Shown here piece by piece: positions 57,799-64,000 of a stretch of 64,000 nucleotides of DNA. The notes beneath the pieces are model-generated. The model ran no database searches. It saw only the letters and a program-made list of their open reading frames with translations, and was not told the origin of the DNA. Origin of the DNA: Lingula anatina. Taxonomy: Eukaryota > Animalia > Brachiopoda. The position numbers were made by a program, and so were the translations under genes. The stretch covers positions 58,754,788-58,818,787 of the forward strand of contig CM120640.1 in NCBI GenBank assembly GCA_051362555.1. Reading direction: 5' to 3'. Numbering within the stretch: position 1 is the stretch's first letter; each line of letters begins with the position of its first letter.

Positions 57799-59192
57799 AA
57801 ATGGTAATGTAAAAGTTTTAGATACTGAAGATGATTATATTGTTATATTGTGTAGGAATGAGTCAAGTGATAAAAAAAAAACAGATGGTGTAAACATTAC
57901 TTCCAAAGCACCTGCTAGACCACCCAGTAAAAGGAAACGTCATGAAGGTGAACATTCTGATGCCATTTTTATGACTTCTGATGATGGAGACGATTTACCT
58001 GTTTCCAAGATTCCTAAAATAGAACGGGAACCTCAAGATGTTAAGCCATGTAATCAAACAGGTGTTACTACAACATATGCTGGCTCAAATGGTGCACAAA
58101 ATCCAACTGAATTAGGATCAGGTTATCTGGAAGAAATTGACAATTTAAAACGGGATTTACATAACCTTAGACAGAATGTTGCCGAGTTGCTCAATTTCTT
58201 AAGCCCAGATGTAAAGATAGACTCAGATAACCTGCATCAAGTGGATGCTATTGTTGATGATCTGAATAAACAAAATCGCATGGGGCAAGTGGAGGAAGTT
58301 TGACTTTATTTTAATCAGCTGACAGTTCCTGTCACTGTAATCATCACCATGCAGTTACTTGTCACCAAGTTAATTTGGTCAAAGGCACTACAGTGTATTA
58401 ACATGAAAAATCTAAATTTTAAAAATGCAAAAACCCATTGGTGGTATCTATTGTGCCCTGAATACCCAGGGGCATAATTAACTAGCAGCCTGAGCGAGTC
58501 GTTTCCAAAGCTGTAATTAATTCTCGGCTGTGCTCGGGGGAGATTCTGAAGCCAAAATATTTCAGTTATAGGTATATATGAGCAGCTGTTTGTATACACT
58601 ATTTCAGCAATGTTAGTGAAAGTGTAAATGTTTAAACTACCTATAATAGCTCAATGAGATGCATCTATAGGGTCTTTTGACTGATTAAAAAGAAGAAAAG
58701 TTCAAAGAATTTTCTTGCTATTGAATTGGTTACAGAAGAGCAGTTCATTATTTTTCCCATCAAAACATTATCATATTGTCCAAACGATTACAATGTCACC
58801 TATGAAACCATATTGACAAGTGTTTATCTCACCAATTAGGCTGTTTTCCCAACAATTCATTTTGAATGGTGAGATGTAGAAATTATCAATCAGGTCAACA
58901 AAAGGCTATTAACTTACCAGTTAAGGTTCAAATAAATTGCTGGAAATATTTTAAAATGATGAAAATACTACAAGAAAATTTTGATGCCAGAATCATTTTT
59001 CTGCATGATCAATTTTTGGTTTATCCTTGATTTAATCTACTTTTTTATAAAGGGAGGAGAGAAATTAGCATTGTGCCAATATTAAATGGTTTTTATTATT
59101 CAGTTTAAATAGAACTTAATGAACTTATTAATGTTATAACAAGCATGTTTTTAAATTTACCCTCATATCTTTGCATGTATTTTCACTTGTAT

Positions 59193-59258
<66 letters not shown>

Positions 59259-59929
59259 TTTTTTGTTTGCAACAGAAATCATAAAAATGTTAATGAAATG
59301 GGAAGTATTATTAGATTAAAATATCCTTGATCAGTAACAGATAATATATTTTAAATGGTACAATTCAACAAAATGAACTGAAGATGCTTAAGTGTTACTA
59401 ATAGAATGAGTAGTCTAATTGATAGTTTTATTGTATGATAGAGATATATATAATTAAACAAATTATCAACATTTTTTTTATTAAGTAAAATATGTTTTGT
59501 TGCTTTATACAACATATAAATGATTATTTGTGCTTAATTTTTAACTGAATGGCAACTGATGAATAGAAACAGTATATACAGGTATGTATGCTTAAACATA
59601 TTTTAATGGATTCATAAATTTTTATCTTGAAATAAGGTAATGATTACAAGATCGATGTTATCACATTTGATTAAATATATATTTTTTAGATATATGTATT
59701 AAAGGGCAGGAGTATTAATTAGAAAGTACATAGCCAATTAATACAACTAATATATCATATATATGTAATGTAAAATCTAGTTATATTTACTGGAGGAAAT
59801 GAATATTATGTTATGTTACTTTATTTTTTTTATTTTATTAATCCAATTTTTTTTTGCACATAACAGTAATGAGAAGTTTGATATGATCAAACAGCTAATA
59901 TTTGGGTAAATTTGATTAAGCATGATTTT

Positions 59930-62240
59930 AAACAAGGCAGCAAAGCTGTCAAATGTACAGACAAAAAACAGAAAATAAAGATGCAAAATGGGTCATTTTG
60001 TCAATTTTGATGCAATAATAAATAATGCTTATAATAGCACTGTCAATCAACACTGAATTTTAATCATGCACAACAGGTAACATGGTCAATAACAGGAGCA
60101 GATCCAGAGATATTTTCTGACAGTATTCCAAAGTATCTTTGTTGATCCATCCTCCACTTTTGATGGTCTTCCAACAGAAAAAAATTGATACCAGTCAATG
60201 TAAACTTTAAAATCTGACCGTCATCTGAAAGACCCAGAAGACGGCCTCAATCCACCCCTGCAATAAGATTACAGTTTCTGGGCCATGAGAGTTCAAATTC
60301 ACATAATGAAAATCCCAATATTTGAAAAATGTTGACAGTGCATAAAATCATATTACATAATGTTTAAAGACATAAAAACCTATGCAACTGCTTATGTGGA
60401 AATACAGAAAATCTGAAGAGCTTCAGGTGGATGGGAGTTGAAAATGCCAGTGTTTAGAAAAAAATTAAAAAGAAAACAAACAAACAAACAAAAAAAAAAA
60501 AAAAAAAAAAAAAAAATCCAATAAAGCTGCTATTCAAACTTTTAATCTTGCTGTATTAACATGATATGAATAATCCCAATGTGATATGAATAATCCCAAT
60601 GTGTCTTTTGTAAACTAATTTGCAATATTTAACATTAACATTTACCTGCATAATTATCACCAATTCCTAATTATGTGACACAGTTAAGAGAGCTTAACCT
60701 ATAGGACTTGAATGGGAAATCTCAACGTGTGTTATCTTATTTAATGGGCACTTGAAAATTAATTAGGCAAGTAATTTTATAGCTCTGAAATTATCCCAAT
60801 GGACAATTACCACCATCCATAAACAGTAGCCCCATATAGCACTCTATAGAATCACACTGATTTCCAACACAAGCTACACTTCAGTCCTATGAAACTTTTC
60901 AGTAAGTTAGAATATCATAAGTAAAATGGTTTTTCCTTAATGGTCATCCCAGCAGCGATGTCCAAAAAAGGTTTTTTTCATCTTTTATGCAATTTAACAT
61001 AATGCTTAACAGCACAATGGCCATCAATTTTTAATAATAAAGTAAATGTATCATAGCTATTCAAAAGCTGTGACTAGCAATGGTATTCAAGCCAATGGAA
61101 GTTCAAAGACTAAGTCACACCTTGAAAATGTCCATATGTGAAAATTTTAATTGTAACAAAAAACTATATAATTTCCAAGAAAGTTAACCGATATAACAGG
61201 TTTTCCAACTGAAGCTATAATTTAGTGCTATGCTACATTTCTGTAAGTTTGAGAAGAGTAAGTGACTTGGTTTTCCTTTAATGGTCACTATGGAGGCATT
61301 GTCTAAAATGGGGTTGTCTTCAATTTTGATGCAATATTACATAATGCTTAATAGCATAATGACCATCAATTTTTAATAATAAAATAAAAGTATCATGGAT
61401 ATTCAGAAAATTTGATATGGAAAGGTCTTCAGGGCCATGGAAGTTCAGAGTCACAACTTCAAAATGCCAAAATGTACACAAGAGATAACTGTACTGAAAT
61501 GAATTTCTTTCCACTTTCAACACTTTTTTTACATATATCAAAATAATCAATTTACTGTCGTTTTTAAATGATCAACTAAGAAAGTTGTTGACATAGGAAA
61601 AATATAAATAGAACAATTTTAAATGTCTAATTTGTTCCATTCTGAGATTCTGAACATAGTGAATGATTGAATCTGACAAACAGTAAAGAAATGAGTTTAT
61701 TTCCATTTTTGACACTTTATTACACAATGCACAATAACAGGTTTACCATCATTTTTATATAATCAACTAACAATATTGTTAAGATGCAGAAAATGTCAAA
61801 AGAACACTTTTACATTACTAATTAGTTCACAAATGAGATTGTTAACATGCCTAAGAATTAAATCCGAGGAAAAAAGACTTATATACAAAAAAAAAGGCAC
61901 AATTTCACCAAAACTGAACCGATCAAGCTTATTTTCCAACCTCATCTGTATTTTAGTAAATCTGATCACCCCTGTGAATTTCAAGACGATTGGCCAATTG
62001 ATTTTCCTTGAAATGTGTTATCGGTGTTGCACATATGCTGAAATAGTGAAAAAACAGCATAACTTCCATAAAAATGGCCCGATCAGGCTGATTTTCGAAC
62101 TTGACCTGCGTATTATGAATATTCATCATTTCAGTAACTTATAAGCCAAAAAGTAAAACGATTTTTCGCTTATCTATTATCGATGTTGCATTTATGCTGA
62201 AAAAAATGAAAAAATAGCATAACTTCCACAAATATGGCCC
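59930..62240 (-). mobile_element. Diverged HINE family A on the minus strand, with nested MITE 60093-60260
   Basis: Begins aacaaggcagcaaagctgtcaaatgtacagaca (reverse complement of the family A 3' end); gattttcgaacttgacctg repeat. Confidence 0.78.
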
Positions 62241-62279
62241 AATGTTAGGAAAATACAAGTCAATTTGAACATCTACTTG

Positions 62280-62502
62280 ATTGGACCATTTTAACAGTTA
62301 TTTTTTTTTCAATTTTATTTATTTATTTATTTATTTTTTGCATATTTTGAGAACTCTTGTTATTGCATTTCATAGAGCTTGTCAAGCACAAGACTGGTGG
62401 CGGTGTCCCCCTTTTTTTTGGGGGGGGGTTCCATACGAATGCGCTTACTCCAGCTGGTGGCACAATATCTGGAGGCGGTATCGCCTCTATGATCCTCTAG
62501 TT
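62280..62502 (+). mobile_element. HINE family B 3' fragment
   Basis: gcttgtcaagcacaagactgg...ggaggcggtatcgcctctatgatcctctagtt. Confidence 0.8.
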
Positions 62503-62846
62503 AAATTTTATTTGTGAAAGTTTTGAGGCTCAAATAAGTTTTGAGCAGGAGATTAATTATGATAAGGTTTATTTGGGTTCAAAGTTGAGGGACTGTGGAA
62601 GTATTCTATTCACACGTACTTGAACGAAGTCAAAAGTAAAAGTCGTGTTGGCATTCATTAGATGCGTGTGAAGTTATCTTCCCGAGTTTCTCAATGGAAA
62701 GTAAAAGAGGAACACATGAAAAAATGTTATTTTGGCTAGCAATTTGTAATAAATATCTGATTGAAATTGAATAAAGCAACCTTTTTGATTTTGGAACTGA
62801 GACAGCAGTTTTGTTGTTTCTGACACCGGCATCGCTCGCTGATACA

Positions 62847-63142
62847 ACAATTAAAATATAGATCACACTGAACAAAATTTGACCACCCTTCCCCCCAAAC
62901 AAATTTCCCCAAGGCTGAACAAATATTCTATCTATCTTGTCCAAGTTAAATTGATGTGATACAGTTCAATTGGTTACGTTTAGTGCTTCCTTCTTATTTG
63001 CTTTATATGAAATACTTTTTAAAAAAACTTTTTACAAATATTTTGTTGGATTGTTAATTGCTGATGGTAGGCAATGAAATCATAACCATAGTATTTAAAT
63101 GGAAAAGATGAATTTAAGTCTAATTTGTTACTTAATAAGTAA
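62847..63142 (+). repeat. Downstream remnant of the segmental duplication (matches 42203-42520)
   Basis: aattaaaatatagatcac...tttgttacttaataagtaaa shared with the region downstream of copy 1; it could alternatively be a dispersed repeat. Confidence 0.65.
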
Positions 63143-64000
63143 AGGATGAGTGCTGATAAGAGGGAAAACAAATACAGTCAAGGCACACATCTATAGCTAG
63201 CCACTGGTGCAACCTATGAATTCAGGCCTTCCTAGCAAAACTAGACTCATCAGTGGCAGGTACTGTCAGTGTAAATTAGGTGCCCAGACAGTTGGAAGTT
63301 GTGCATGCACATATCACTTCAGTCCTGTGGTATATGGGGTTTGCCATAAGGCAGGGATACAATTGAAAATTATGTTGTGGAGAAGGCTGTTTGGATGCCT
63401 CACATTTACAACATCAAGCAGTGATAGTATTAACGAGACAGAAGGTGTTATGGACAGCACATCTGATTAATTATCCATTGTTTCTTATACACTTTTATTC
63501 CCATATTTGTATATTTTGTATTGCAGTGCGTTCTATACAAGGTCTATATCACATACATAATCATATGAAGTACTTTTTAGGTGATTTAATTTCGTTGTCA
63601 TACAGATTATTGGCCATAACTGTTACTATGTATACTATATTTTCTTTCAGTTTTTAATTTTACCTTATCATTATTTTTGGATGATTTATATTTGTTTAGT
63701 TTATGTTTAATGGAAACATTTCAAACAGCTATTTAGAGTGCTTTTACAAATGATTTTTTTTTGTTACTGTAACAGCTTTTGGCTTTCAGCATTTTTTACT
63801 ATTCTTTACAGAGCCTTGTACAAAATGTATATTGGTCATCAATACAATTATTTAGACCAACACATGCTGGTCTAGGAGAAAAGTTACATAAAATGAATAA
63901 ATATACTGAAACAAGTTGTCCTAGTTACATGTACAAGACTTTCATACTGTGGAGTGAAATCGGTGATATCTTCTGTGAGAAAATAACATCGTTCCTCCCT

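Larger units (their letters stand above)
46220..58303 (+). pseudogene. MORC3: Tandem MORC3-like duplicate lacking exons 2-5 (pseudogene or truncated ATPase-less paralog)
   Basis: Exon homologs: e1 46220-46246, e6 48526-48676, e7 48965-49093, e8 49477-49593, e9 50096-50193, e10 50796-50885 (GC donor), e11 51158-51292, e12 51546-51626, e13 52470-52515, e14 ~53006-53095 (acceptor lost), e15 53439-53645, e16 56269-56312, e17 remnant 57856-58303 (original acceptor AG>AT, DIRS insertion). Introns are also homologous to copy 1. Confidence 0.85.

Overview
AT-rich animal genomic DNA; the repeat families suggest a marine invertebrate such as a mollusc (inference). The window holds (1) a complete 17-exon MORC3/4-type gene on + (100-37929, 776 aa predicted; GHKL ATPase-S5, CW zinc finger, coiled coil) with a U12 minor intron. 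(2) Inside its 19.3-kb intron 4, in sense orientation, lies an intact intronless 2746-aa Helentron (endonuclease-encoding Helitron) ORF: basic 34-aa repeats, Zn finger, OTU protease, HUH Rep, Pif1-like helicase and AP-type endonuclease. A ~850-bp macro-repeat array precedes it. (3) A tandem MORC duplicate (46220-58303) lacks exons 2-5 (the ATPase motifs), yet its splice lesions all have a frame-preserving solution. (4) Many non-autonomous elements are present: two Helentron-derived (HINE/DINE-like) families carrying satellites, a mini-DIRS with intact ITR/ICR architecture, mariner and Kolobok-like elements, and MITEs. Several can be confirmed as filled versus empty sites between the two MORC copies. 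Exon models were read by hand, with no database or transcript evidence.
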